Shown here one piece after another: positions 1 to 15,000 of a DNA stretch of 64,000 bases; positions within the stretch are counted from its first letter, which is position 1; each line of letters starts with the position of its first letter. Location of the stretch: contig NW_026782366.1 in assembly GCF_031769215.1 (NCBI RefSeq), positions 1,364,001 through 1,428,000 on the forward strand. The letters are read 5' to 3'. Under the pieces are notes generated by a model, which had not been told where the DNA came from, did not search any database, and saw only the letters and a list, made by a program, of their open reading frames with translations. The translations under genes were made by a program, and so were the position numbers. Source of the DNA: Ylistrum balloti. Lineage: Eukaryota.

Positions 1-3000
1 AGGACCTGTACTGGTGAGTTCACCCTTGGCGTTGACTTTCAATTCTTCTGTGGTCATCATCCCAACACCCTTAAATAAAAGCAAGCGGAATTCATGTGTC
101 AAGGAATTATCGAATATGTTCCGCACTAACAAAAAAATTCCCTTTTAAAATGTCCGTGTTTTTGCAATCATTCCAAATCTTGAAATTTAATACGCACAAT
201 ATCTTGTAATTAATGTTGGACTGACTTCCTACCCAGCTCAAAATGAGGAACAGATATGTTTGGTGATGGACTATGAAGTATCCACACAAAGGAATGACTT
301 ACCTGGACGAAGCCTCCCTCAATTTGTCCGACGTCTATCGCTGGATTCAAACTCTTTCCTACATCCATTACGATATCGACCCTTACAACCTTAGAAATAA
401 ACAAAAGTGATATATGTTAGAATCACATACGTATTGTATGATTTACACTGTTCGAGTCAGAATTCCGATAAATTCTTACGTTTGTAATGAAGAAACTTAA
501 CGTATTCTTTATAATTACAATATCATTTATATAATCAAAAAGTTTCATGTCTTTATTTATTAATACCTGAGTTTTTCCTTATATAGAACAACAGACATTT
601 TACTGAAATTAATAAGGGGTGAAGTCAATTACATTTCTATGAGTTGATTAAATATTGAATTTACTCTTTATTCGTTGCCACTTTAAATAACGGTTAAAGA
701 CAAGCCTGTGAATAGTACTCAACCGAATATTAATTATGACAAATACGATAAATACATAAATGGTACTGAATGTACATATACATTTATCAGAGGTAACTGT
801 TTCAATATATAAGTCTTGATATCACCCGATAATCAGACACTACTACAGGAGATATTTCAGTTCATATTCATTCACAACGTACCTGGTGTTCTCCTGTAAG
901 AACATCGATCTCAACCTCAGTACAGGCACTTCCATAGGTGAAGTAGTGAGAGTGAGACCCACTATTCTTTTCATAGTCGTATCCCTCTTCACGAGGTCTA
1001 GACGTAATGATAAAAGGTTTGGCTTTGATATTTGTAAGGAAAGTTAATTTCCTGATAGTAGTGACTCAACTTTACTAGAGAATTGCATAGTTATACACAA
1101 CATGTAAATAATCAGAGGCATATGCATACCCATAGAATCCTGTTGCGGAAAGACTCACTCTTGAAAAGTAAGCAGCGGTCACCTGTTAAAATAAACTGAT
1201 TTCTATAGATAAAACTAACAACGGAATTTAGGTACTGACTTTTTCTCCCATGTAAGTCAGGCTAATTTCATGTGCATACACATTATACCGACATACCAAA
1301 CCAACAATTGTAAGCGAGTTCAAATCTTTGTGACTACTGACTTATCTTTGTACGTATTTAGGATAATAAATTCACATAGAACACTTATTTTATCCGTCTG
1401 CATCGTATATATGATACAATTACATCATCACAACCTCATTACAATACACATGTCATGAGAAACGGAAAGCTTACCCATGCGTTCCAGCCACCTTCAGGGT
1501 TTTTCTCTTTTATTGGAGCCAATCTATCCTTTATTTTCTTGCAGGCTTCCTTTAAACAGTATAAATTGAAAAGATTTTAATATTTGAGAGGAATTAAATT
1601 TCGTTGTATTCGAGGTCAATCAAGAAGTTAAATATCCAGCAAATATTTTCACGGGAAACGAAATCTGTTACACCTGTATACGTAAACACCAGTTCATATA
1701 CATGCGAACTTGCCCTGTGAACTTGTCCTAACCGCGACAATGTAGCTATGCCCATCTAGTTCCATTGTAGAGTGTATGGCTTCTAATTACTATTCAGTTT
1801 CAATGTTATTTCTATAGCGTTTAATGCCCATCTATTGCCAGTGTAGTGTTTATAGCGTCTAATTCCTATCTAGCTCAAGTATAGTGTTTATGGCATCTAA
1901 TGCCTATCTAGTTCCAATGTACTTTCTATAGAGTCTTATGCCCATCTAATGCCAGTATAGCTTTCTCAGCTCCAATGCCCATCTAGTGCCAGTGTAGCGT
2001 TTTTATGCCCGATGCCCATCTAATGCCTGTGTAGATTTTATACCGCCTAATGCCAATCTAGTGCCAGTGTAGTTTTTAACCACAACATGGTCATCTAGAG
2101 CCGGTGTAGTAGTTTTAGCGTCTGATGCCTATATAGTGCCAGTGTAGAGATTTTAGCGTCTGGCGCCTATATAGTGCCAGTGTAGTGTTTTTAGCGTCTG
2201 ATGCCTATATAGTGCCAGTGTAGAGATTTTAGCGTCTGGCGCCTATATAGTGTCAGTGTAGTGTTTTTAGCCTCTGATGCCTATATAGTGCCAGTGTAGT
2301 GATTTTAGCGTCTGATGCCTATATAGTGCCAGTGTAGTGTTTTTATCGTCTGATGCCTATATAGTGCAAGTGTACTTTCTATAGCGTCTAATGCCAATCT
2401 ATCGCCAGTGTAGTTTTTATAGCGTGTAAAACCAATACCTTCACACATTATTATTAATGACCGAAAATATCGGTTCAGCTTGACAAGTGCTATGTTTACC
2501 TGAAATACTACCTTTACGATAAGAGAGTTCCTATTAATGTTATAACGCGTGGTATAAAAAATTATATCATTATTGTCTATTTTATATTAGTGTACACCTG
2601 AACAAATAATTATTTGGACACACTACTCATACACATTTGTCTCAGAATACTAACCAACACCGCTCCTGCGTTCAAGTCGGCAGCATTACTCCCACCGGTT
2701 TCGGAAGTGTTTGGCGCCGTGGTTGTACTGGTCTCGCTGATGATAATCTTCTCGTGCGGAATTTCTAATGTTGATGCCGCTATCTGTGAATAATGTAAGA
2801 TTCGCTTCAATAATGATAACCAGGAACATCACTAACTAAAAAAAAAAAAAAAAAAAACTCAGCTTGCACGTCTTTATAAAATGAACAAAATATTATTCTG
2901 AGAAAAGCGAAATAGATCCCGCCCATCTAATTTCTCTTTTAAATACGTCAGTTTTCACGAGATATTCTCTTTTCTTAAAATCTATCGACAATGATCTGCA

Positions 3001-6000
3001 TAATAAGACATGGCATTACTTAATCGCAGTTGCAGAATCACATACTATTAATCATGGGTAAAGTATTTACCATCATAATAGCTTATCATATACCTGGATC
3101 ATTTTTGTGTGGAGTCCCTGTCCAAGTTCTACACCTGAATGGGCCAACAGCACTGATCCATCCTTGTAAACAAGAACCAAGGCTCCGGCCTGTGGCAACA
3201 AATATATTTACAGTTATAAATTGATTATGCCTTGCCCTGCTTTTCTGTTATTGGGCGACGCCTTCAACGTCCTTTATACATCACACTGTATTTCCAAATG
3301 CAGTTAAAATGAGGGTCTCACAGCGAAGGTTTTAATTCCAAATCAATATAAAAGTTACCCCCTGCGTAAAGAAAATGCACTACCATAGAAATGTTACATA
3401 AGATAGTGGATTGTAATGCGTATGTGTTTAGATCTTAATTGTCTTTGTACACATAATATTTTCCTTTATCAAGGAATTGCAATTGTACATTACCTAAAAC
3501 GAAGAAACAATTTGTAATGTATGTATAATAGTTGCTATGTTGGTATGTGTGATTGCAGCACTGGCAGAGTGAATGATGTTTGTAGAGAATGTGACCCTCC
3601 TCTGTGAGGTCATATTTTGTACTATAATGTTAATATCATTGTCAATAAAACGTTTGAAAAAAATATTAGCTTTTAAATTAGGTGTTATATTTTCAGATGA
3701 GTAGCAATTGATTTAAAACTCCGAGTAACGAAACCAACCCAATTCTTTTTCTTCGAGTTTTTACCTCGTTTCTTAACTAGTAAGGTATTGAATGAAAAGT
3801 GAACGGACAGACGCCGAGCCATAGTGTGAGGTTTGGACTGTCCGCCACAATGACTGATATATTATCTACTTCTCAGCCCGTACATTGTAGTTATCATTCC
3901 TCCCACTTGTAAACTTTGTTCACAAATATTTACATTATACAGTACTATATAAGATAATAGTGTTATTGTTATCAACATCAACTTCTTAATGTCAGTGAAA
4001 ATCAATATGAGAGACTGTCCCTGCATGAACTGACATTCACACTACCATCGCCAAAACACGATGACATAACATGTATCATAATCTATTTACAACTAATTTA
4101 CTGTAAAAGAAAGAAACCGAGTGACACTATTCGGAGATGAAATTACCTGATTAAGAAATAAAGGCGGATATCCGATCCCATACATACAGGGAACGATGGA
4201 AATTCCACGTTTCCTCCAACGATTAGCACTACAATTAAATATTTTTACCATTATACTATATAGATCTACAATAAGACTGTAATCTAATACATGAAAATTG
4301 ATCAATTTATTGTATTACATATACATTGTTTCTGTCCTATGTTTAAATGAAAGTTTTACTGAACAACTGTGCCAAAGTATTCAGTTTAACAATATATGAT
4401 AACTGAATTATTAAGTGACAATTCATACCCTGATATGTCAAACAACGAATAAAACTGCATTATTAAGCTATATCGTCACTTTCGAAAAACCAACATTAAT
4501 CCAATGAAGAAGTTTTGTCTTCTGATGAAGAATTCTAATCTACATACCTAACTGTTGGTGAAACGATGTGTATTATTGCAAAATACAGCATTAACACATA
4601 GTTGATTCATTAAATGCACAATACATTCTGAGGTAACCTGTTGTATGGCGCCAAGTATATAATTTGTTACTACTAGGAATTAACTTAATTGGGACTGTAT
4701 CCCGGGTCCCCGATTCAGCACATACCCAATCAGAAAAAAACAGACCTAATATCTATGTTATATCAAATATATATCATCCTAGTGCCATCGGGTAATGCGA
4801 TATAACATTTTGTGCTCATTCAAGTCTCTGACCTGTTGAATGCATGAATATTTTTGACACGTTTGTCGAATTCACTATCTTGTTTACACTCCTCCCAGCA
4901 GCGGTACAGGTTGTCGTCATTGATCGGCATGTTGAAAGGTGTCACATCACCTTTTCGTAGCATATTTGTGTCCCGTACCTAACAAAGATATCAGAATACA
5001 ACATATTATTGTACTTGGCTTCAAATTTAATATTGCATTGAGTGGAATAAATTCAAGGCCTGTTGAATGGGGTCAGTAGATGAACAACATATATGAGAGA
5101 CCCATTGCGTCTCATTAAGAGCAATTAGGGTATAGTGTTTTGCCTAAGCACAACACCGCGTAAGCACCGACCAGGTCATTTATCAGCTTCCTGAGACACA
5201 TAACCGCAAAGGGCACGGACATCAAAACTTAATTCTTACCTAAGGTTACGTAAAATGTAGGCAAACGTCCCACTATAGAGCCTTGGCGGCTCCAAATTAA
5301 AACAAAGTCACTACTGTGTGTAATGTAGGTCATACTGAACAATGTTTTGACACGCTCTCTAAGTAGTCTATTTGAATGGGAATCAATGTTGATAAGGTTG
5401 CATAATACGACAAAAAACTGAATATCAGTTTAGAAGCGGGGGAAATAGCACCACATAGACTTAATGATAAAACGTTTTGTGATGATACAATTACAAAATA
5501 GTGCATACTTGTTCAGCTTGTATGTTGAGATGGAAAGCCACTTTTTGTATCATCGCCTCGGCCACGAACATCACCTGCGGAGATCCAAATCCTCGGAAAG
5601 CAGTATTAGATGGCAAGTTGGTTCGGCAAAGCTTACCTTCAGCTTTCATATTGGTGAAAGTATAACATCCCTGTACCAGGAGCATACCGCATTTCATGAT
5701 CTATAAGCAGACAAATTTGTTATAACTTGTACAAGTTGGTGGGACTTTTTAGGAGCTTACTTCTAAAAGACAATAAACAATTCGCAAATGATCTTGAAAA
5801 GAACGGAATCAACACATACAAGCAAAATGATAATTCCATACAAGTGATATTATCCTAGATTGCAATTAGTACCATTCTCATTTGATAAATTCCCGACATT
5901 TGAAAGGACAGTGTTATTTGTTGAATTTTTTTAAAATGTATTGAAAGTTCGAATTTCAGAAAAATAGATTCAGTTGTCCACGACGTTACACGATGTACGA

Positions 6001-9000
6001 TGTGCACAGATGTCTGCACGCTGAGAAAAAATAGAAATATACACAAGTGTTGGATAGTGCAATTAATTATTTGAACATGAGTTTTATGATGACCGATCAA
6101 TTTTAATATGCCTGTAATCGCTATTGAGTCATAACTGCACGAGTCTTCCGATTAATTTTCAATATATACGCCAACAATAGGTACCAAACTACATAAAATG
6201 TGCGTCCATATCGCACAGTTGTGCGGTAGAAACTGTGTAGTGCTCGTGTGCGCACATCGTGCACGCATTGTAGCATGATTGGCACATGACTCACGCAAAA
6301 TGTGCACACAAAGGCTTTGATGCGTCGTGCTTTACCTCATCTATATATGTACATAGAGAACTTTATATTCATTTCCATGATTTATGAAATGACATCATTC
6401 TTTTCTTTTCTATAATCTGCAAATTAATCCTAAATTCCGTTAAAGCCGATGTAAAGAAATTTATTATGCTAGTTTTAAAATCCATGTTATTCATTTGTGA
6501 CCTCCCATGTTAATGAATTGTAAAGCTAGTTACGTCTACGTTAAGTACTTTAAGAATGTTTTAGCAATAGTGTTCGGACACTGATAGCACAAAAACTGAT
6601 AATAATACATTTTGACATTTTTAATCTTTGGAGGTCATCTTACCAACGGGCTAAGATCTGTTGAATACCCTGCATTGTAGTAGTACTTCACATCACACCC
6701 TACAATTCTTCCGTCTTTCTTAAAATACACCTGGAAATACAACATACCAATTAATCACACACACTAGTAAAGATAGATCAATATTACTCTTACTGTACTT
6801 ATATAGTAGACGTTTTTCATCATTCGTGGTATAATATACTATTATAGAGTGTATTATGTGTCAACCACTAAGGGGTTTGCTATAAAGATAAATAAATGGT
6901 ATCCAAAGCGCGATCCTTACATCTACAGCATCACTTACCTTGTACTTCGCTTCAATCGGATGTCTTTTGCCTGTTATTTTAAAATCAAGTTCTCGATCGT
7001 AGATGCATCTCACCGGCCGGTTTGTTCTTTAAAGTTTTAAAGTACAGTTTTACGTTCGCTGTATATGCACACGTATATCAAGTGAATTAACATTCATTCC
7101 AGTGTAGTTTTATGTATTTATTCACTAATTTAACACATTTTACTTCTTTCCCTGAACATTTCGAATTTTATATCAAATTGAGCATATTTATAAAATCTGA
7201 ATTGAAATATTAGCCAGAATGAACTTATTAGCGGGAAGAAAATCAATATTGTGTTTTCAATGAATGATTATTAATTCGACTTACTTCCATGCTCCGATAG
7301 CTGCTATACCCGAAGTTACTATTGAATCTGTAGCTTTTCCACCAAATCCACCACCTATAATGTCAAAATGTAAACTCATCGATGTTGTTGATGTTTCATT
7401 ATACCAGCATCCAACAAAATTGGTCAAATCCATTCATCAAGATGCATTTTAGCCATATCCTTATATATTTTTCTTGTTTAGATATGTAAAATATCATACG
7501 TATACGCAACAAGCAGATGGTCATTGAGTAGAAATGACATTACACTTACCTACACGCTTAACTCTGGATGAGATACGATTGCTATCTAATCCGAGAAATT
7601 TGGCGACATCTTCCTACACACCAAAAATATTTAAATGTACAGAAATAATGGTCTTAAGATTAAAGTACAATTTTAAGTCGGGCATTATTGTTCTTTTGCT
7701 GATTCAAGTTCTTCATGATTTCATTGTATACAACTAATGATAAGAAGAACTAGGCCATCATTCGGTTTCATGGTGCCCTCATGGTAAAAATAGTTGTTGG
7801 TATAGTGTCATAGTTCATGGTAACAAATTAAGCCCGGCTGCTATCACTGCTTTGTAATCCATCAAAGGAAAAAAAAATTCTTCAATTCGAAAGTTGGTCA
7901 TTGTCATTAAGTGGAAACAAAGTTCTCTTTCACAATATGCTACAGACCAAACACACGGGTTCTTTGTTCTTTTCCTAATAAATCTAAAACTTTCATTGCA
8001 ATGAAAAGTCGGAAGGAGTCATGATGGCAGTAAAAATTGAATCGAAATGTTGTACTTTGCATGCCTTTGAACTACCGAAGGATTAACAATAACTGGTAAA
8101 CATAATGCAGAACTATAAAGTTCTGAATCTGATTTAAATCTACGCTTGGATGTGAATACTAACCTATTTCTAGCTGAAATTGTCAACAAAAGTTGTGATG
8201 ACCATGTGTTTATATCAACGTTGGTAGTCACAGAATCTGTTACCTGTAATTGCGTGACACCTTGTGTGGAAGTGATAATGTCAAGTTCGTTCTGTTCCTT
8301 CCTAGGGATGACCAGGGAGGAATGGGGTTCCATATACAAATGTTCCTGGGCCCCTGTCTCACACACTCCTTCCAACACAAAATCTGCTTCCTTCTCTGCC
8401 TCCTCCATACATCCACGCTCCACTTTGTAAGCATGTCCAAAAAACTGTTCTTTCATGATGGCATCCTGTAAGATCAAAGATAAATACCGTGCTCGTTAAC
8501 CACTCTTTGGTTTTGTAATGTTTCGGTATCATAATCGATTAAGCAATTGATAAATAACATCAAGCTTACTTAAAAAGGGGGTGAAAACCATAATGGTATG
8601 AATTTACAAATAAGTGAAATATAATAATTAGTATGCTAATGTACACGCAATATCAACAGATATATCATTATTTTTGTGTTTTATCTTCAGTAAAATTGTA
8701 TCGTTTCTGTATGTAAAAAATATATTTCTATGTGTGTTATTTTGGCATGTTTGTTGAGCAGTTATTAAGTTTGTCGAATCCTACTTGGATTGATATTGTT
8801 GCTTCTAAGGGTTCGTATTTAACTTCCACCAGTTTGACAGCACGGTTCGCAATTTCTCTGGACTCTGCTAGAATGACACAAATCGCCTGGCCATGGTAAG
8901 ATACCTAGATTGATAACAAAATAGAACATAAGTATCATTTGTGATAATACAAAGACATACATAAATATACAAATGCCATACCGGTTTTCATTTCAACAGT

Positions 9001-12000
9001 GTAATTTCACTGAAATTTAACGTAGTACGCATATTCTCTTTACATTCTTCACCATTAATACCGACTCAGTGTTCCCTTCATGCATCATATGGCAAAGGAC
9101 TAATTACACAGATAACAAAACAGGATAAAATTCTTTGTTGAACATTACTAACATATTTCGTCCATTCAAAAATATGGGAACCAAACACATTGCAAAATTA
9201 CGTAGATTAAGACATAAAACGGATAGAAAAAAAAAAACAACAAGAAATAAACAAACGTGTACTCTTCATAACACTACACAAGACTTACAGTACATTTAGA
9301 TATTTTAGCACCTTTTACCATCGGCAGTATGGAATGAGTAGGTGAACATTCATCTCAATAATCACGGCAATGACACGATAGAAACTAACGGGAAAGTGTG
9401 AAAAATTATATCCGTAGCGTGTCCCTATCACGTCATAATTGTTGTCATATCAGCGGTCCGCCGTACAAATAGTTTTCTCATATAATTGATTACAATGTCA
9501 GTAGTAAAAATCTATTTTGTAGTTTAAATAACATCAAAACATACATAAATTTTAGAGAAGATATAAACAAGTAAATGGCTTGGTAAGTGATTTATGCCCA
9601 ATTTGAATGACATACTTTGCAGGCATACAAATATGTCATAAGTAAAAGGTTTAACTCTTCAATAACATTTCACATACCTCATCCTGACATAAAAGAACAT
9701 TGTCTGGCACTAGGAAACCGTAATTATTGTCGCAAGGAATATCCTTGTAGTCTATGTAGTCAATTACTCCTTCCATTTCCAATGCTGCCGACACGTCCAC
9801 CGATAGAATCTTTGCATGAGCATGTGTACTGGTAACAAGTCCAGCAAACAGTTCGTCTAAACATCACACAAAAACATTTTAGCATATATATATAAGCACT
9901 AGTCTCAAAATGTAATGTTCTAAAATCATAAAATGCTAGAAAGAAAAATTGAATATGATTTTAAATATCAAACCACTTATCAGTTTCACTATGGTATATA
10001 ATATATAATACTATATACTTGTAGCGCTTGGGATATCGTCAACGAACTGCGCTTCTCCAGCAGCAATGTATCCTGACGTCACATTAGGTATAGGTTTCCA
10101 TACGGCTTTGGTATCACTTTCGTCTGGAATATCGTATACTTGGATACCGGACGTGGGTATGTGCGACAACCCTGCAGGGAACTCGGAACAACCCGTCTGA
10201 AAATGGAATGTCCATGTTTTAAAAAAAAGTTCTTTTGATCTTTTCATGTTCAAACAGATTTAGATTGGAATTTAAATTAACTGAATAATAGTTACCTCTA
10301 GTTCCGCTTTTATCTTCATGAAGAATTTCAGGAAGAAGCTACAAGCTAGTGTAGTTCTGAAAGGTATATTGGTATATGCTGTGCTTTGCAGTTCAATCAT
10401 CAGGGCGTCGTTGACTTTCTCTAACATGTCTTCGTTCCAAGATCTCAAAAAAATAACACATGATTATAGCGAGCTTTAATCCTTAACCAAACGAAATATT
10501 GATTGTCGTATGAAATATTTTTACCTTTTGATAGCCACGTTTACTGCCCTCGTGGCTAGTACTGGTTTGTCGTCAGTGCCACCAAATGCCAACCTCATAT
10601 TCTGAACCACTGTAGTCCCTTTTTCGAACTGAACGTACAATCCTGTGGTTACGACTCCATAGTCAAATCCACGACGATTTGGTTGTTTTAATCCCGACAT
10701 ATGTTCGTCCTAAAAAAGGATGCAAGTGCCTCTACCATTTATTCACAACTTTCAAGATCTAACATTTTGACAGCATCAATTCCAACATTCGTCCGTAAGA
10801 TAAGATTGGCTACACATAAAATATAGCGATCATGATATCAATAACGAAAAAAAATTATGGAAACATTTTGTTCCCATCAAACAAATTGTTGAATGAAAGG
10901 GATAGGCAATGAAATTTGGAGTAAGTATTGAATAGTTATTAAATTGATTTGAAATATGAGTTAATCTCTCATCGATATAATTATGAACATTAACGCAAAT
11001 ACAGTTTGTGCCTACTTTTCATATGTTCCGTGAAATCATCAGGACCGCATATCATGAATATCGTTTTAATCGCTGATATATTCAACTGCATGGGCATTGA
11101 TGCCATAAGATATATGCGTACCACGGTTATTGATATACTCATGAGTTGTACGTACATCTGACAACAGAGGAACCCGAATAGAAACCAATATCTGGTCCTG
11201 ATAAACATTATTTTTGGCGCTGTGTACGAAATCATTGTCCATCGGTACCTCCTGTACACCTGCAACAGGCATCGCATTTGAAAATCACATGCTCGGATAT
11301 ATCTTAAGTGCAGAAAGCAAATAATTTGATTACAATGTCATCAAACATCAAAATCAAATGAGTTAATTTACACTTTTAAAACGCTATTTCGATATTGACA
11401 TAAATACCTCCATTCATTTTCCTGAATTCGAGAACTGCCCCGGCAGCCATGAAGAAAGTTTGCATGTCTAGGTTTGGGATCTTGCTCATCACATGACCGC
11501 CCAGTGTCTAGGAAATTAGAATAATATATTTCAAGAGGTAAACATGCAAAAATATATCATATAATATTCAAATACATCAACTGCCTTCACCGGAAACATA
11601 GAAAACCTGTCTGTGTACAGGGAGACTTACAGCTGTGTTTTTTATTTGATCCGCCGCAACCCATCGCAAAACGTCCAACATTGCAGAAATGGTCTTGTTT
11701 GCTGAAATACAATCGTGAAGATTTATACTCATGCATTTTTAGCTCGCTTTCACACGACACCATCCTGAATGATTAACATTTTTAGGTTTCTCATTATTAT
11801 AAACTTTCTCCTAATTTGAAAATATCATTTTCTTTAAGGTGGAAAATAACGCTGTATTGTGGCATTTGATTGATTGGAATTTAAAGAATGTTTGCTTTCT
11901 ATGAACTTAGTAGCTATGTAATGACACTGCAACAACACTTCCTAAAATGGTTTCTGGGTGAAAATATGATTAGTTGAAACTAATGAATATTACGTCTTTC

Positions 12001-15000
12001 TGATCACCCTCGGCTGATGAGAAAATAATTACATTTCACGGCTAAAAGCTCTGATTCTAGTTGTCCCATGGTAACTCCAGCACCAATCCTGATTTCAGAA
12101 GACGTGAATTGCACACATTGCAGTTCCGGTAGGTGGGTACAGCAGATAATCACATTAGAAGTCATTGCCCCCTTTCGTAGCAGGTAACCTAAGATAAGAC
12201 GGAAAGGGACAATGACATGCTCATATATGCTTTCATATACGTATTGCCTTTTACTGATTGTTTTATAGCCCTTTCCTGAATGCATTGTAATTTTTCCCGG
12301 AGGTCAATTTTGCGCGGATTTATTAAAAACTTGATGTCAAATGGATTTTAAAACCGGAAGTTATGAAACGGACAATTTACCTGTTTGAACCTTTATTATC
12401 GATCTCATTTTGATACAAGGCCTGAAAATATTAATATAAACAGCATTTGAAAGTAACAACTATCACTGTCTCTGTATGATTAATTCGCAATACACAGAAA
12501 AAGCATTCTTAACGCATTGTGCCACTTAATTCAATCACAATTCTGTGTTGTAATATTGCATTTCTGAACACTTTTCAGCTGTATTCAGAAAATATTGATC
12601 AATTAATAAGCTTCTCTTCTGCTTCGCGTAAGCATTTATCACTCACCAATTGTATTACAACCAAGGACAAACTGGGCTTTCGGGAAGTTTGTCAGGAGTC
12701 TGAGAGCCTCTTCAACTGTTGTTGGTCGATACCAAGTGTATTTGCTACTTTTAAACGTCATAAACTTAGTGTGGTAGGCCGAGTTTAACTGGAACACATT
12801 AGAAATAAACCTGACTTTACGGACAAAAACTCGGTTTTCCGATTCTGTTTCTTTCTGCCAATTAATTATCAGATCCATCATTTTCGTTCCAGTTTTGTTA
12901 TTTCTTTGATAAGAATTATATCAGATTAGACATAACCTTATAAGTTTGAGTCAGATTGAGAGGTTTTCAAAACTAAAGTATTTTTTCGATCAATTTATGA
13001 AATCAATAAATTCAAATATCATCGCTAGAGCTGCCTTGCCATGCGATAGTGACTATTCCAGCGAAGAGGATAATAAAAGACATTTGTTCTGGGTTTAATG
13101 TAACATAAATGCATTCCACACCAGTTTAAAAAAGTAGGTTGTATCAGCATTTTCAGTTAATCGGGAAGATTCGTCATTTCCCTCCTACAAAAATGGTTTT
13201 ACGTAAAATTCGCTATTTTACTCCATCACCGAAAAGTAAACAAATAGTATAATAATAAAGGCAAAATGCAAAGAACATAAACAAAATATCGGAGTTAATT
13301 TTCATTGTCTTCGCTGAATGTTCTGTTAATCAGGATTTAAGTGAAAACTAAAAAGTATAGCCCAATACAAATCATTTTAAAAGAAACAACTTCTAAAGGG
13401 GTGATATGTGATACCGGTCATCACTACCACGACTGTATTTGTCGATTATACAAGAAATATAGACACAACGGGATGTGCATTACAATTTGAAAAATTATAA
13501 GAATGAATAACCATGCAATATCAGCGTACATTAATTAGCTGTTTATATATATATATATATAGTAAAGTTCCACAGCCATGCGCATTTGTATCACTTTGTA
13601 TAGGAAGGAACATATATAATCATGCCATCAACAAATAAAAACAAAACACAAATACGTAGATAAGTGCTTACAGCTGTTTCAAATCATCCTTTTCATCTTC
13701 TTTTACATACATGCTTATTAATAGTGGTACTTTATCATCCTATACAAATCTGGAATCAGTTCAAACGAATACCTCAAACAATATGAAGGCGATGATATTT
13801 CAGTGGATAAAGCAAAGGGCAATTAAACCTCAAGTGATTATCCATGGATTGCACAAGGTTCGAGCTATCACTACCAGAGGCATATTTGTCGTCCTGGTGG
13901 CCATTTTAACCTACATACTTTGCATAGCTTACGACAGGCATCCAACATGTTGTTCGGTGAGAAAACAGTCAGCTACTCTACGGAATTCTCGCCTCAACCT
14001 ACAGATTATCATGGCGGTTGACAAGGAACTCTCATCAAAATGAAAATATTATAAGCAACTTAGTATCGGCCATATTTACGATATTTAAAATATTGACATC
14101 ATTATCTATAATTAATTATAAAATCAAAACACACAAAGATTGCTCCTAACATGAACTATCAATGATATGTAATTATTGAAATGAAATCCGTCAAACACAA
14201 TCCTGTGTTTTGTTTTACCTGTAATTCCGGTGGAAAGATGACATCTTGTGTCGTCGCGCTCTTCGGTTCATCATTTGATTTCTCATCCTGGTCTCTTGTT
14301 TCTGTCCTGTCCGATTCCTCAAGACAAAGCCCCAGTCCACAAGGACAATTCTACAATATTCATCGTTTTTGCCATCAAGTCAGTAATGTAAATAAACTGA
14401 AATCTTACACGAGTTTTTGAGGCCATCATGAAATCTTTGTGCTGTCTTGCTTTATATTGTTTAGATAACTCGTAATGAAACAGAAACATGTAGATTACAG
14501 TATGCAAATATTAGAGACAGCTACTTTAAAATGATAACCAAACTCCTATACATTAGATGGATAGAGAGACACTGATGCTACATCAATACGACAAAATCAT
14601 TTTGACCTCTATGAAAAGCGATTAAAACTAGCACTTCCTGTGAAATGTTGAAAGTGTAATAGAAAAATATATTGATAGTTACAGTACCATAGAGCTCGAA
14701 ATTCACTCCCACTCAATAGCAGACATAATTGTGTATACAATAAATAAACTGACCATCTTAATAGACCTGGAGGTGTTTACAATAGGTCTATTACCTCTTT
14801 GGAAGACCTAATGGTGTCTACATTATGTCTACATACCTCTTTAGCAGACCTAAAGGCATCTACAATAGGTCTATATCCTGTACATCGACAAAGATTTCCT
14901 GCAAATCGAAATGCGTAGTTACATAAGATCAATTATAAGATGCAACATTCTGTTGTTGTTCCTTGTGAAACACAACAAACTTTCTGTTCTAAAAGGATTC

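Noticed and set aside
13711-14043. 110-aa plus-strand ORF antisense in AOX intron
   Set aside because: No motif or splice support; consistent with chance or a repeat remnant.
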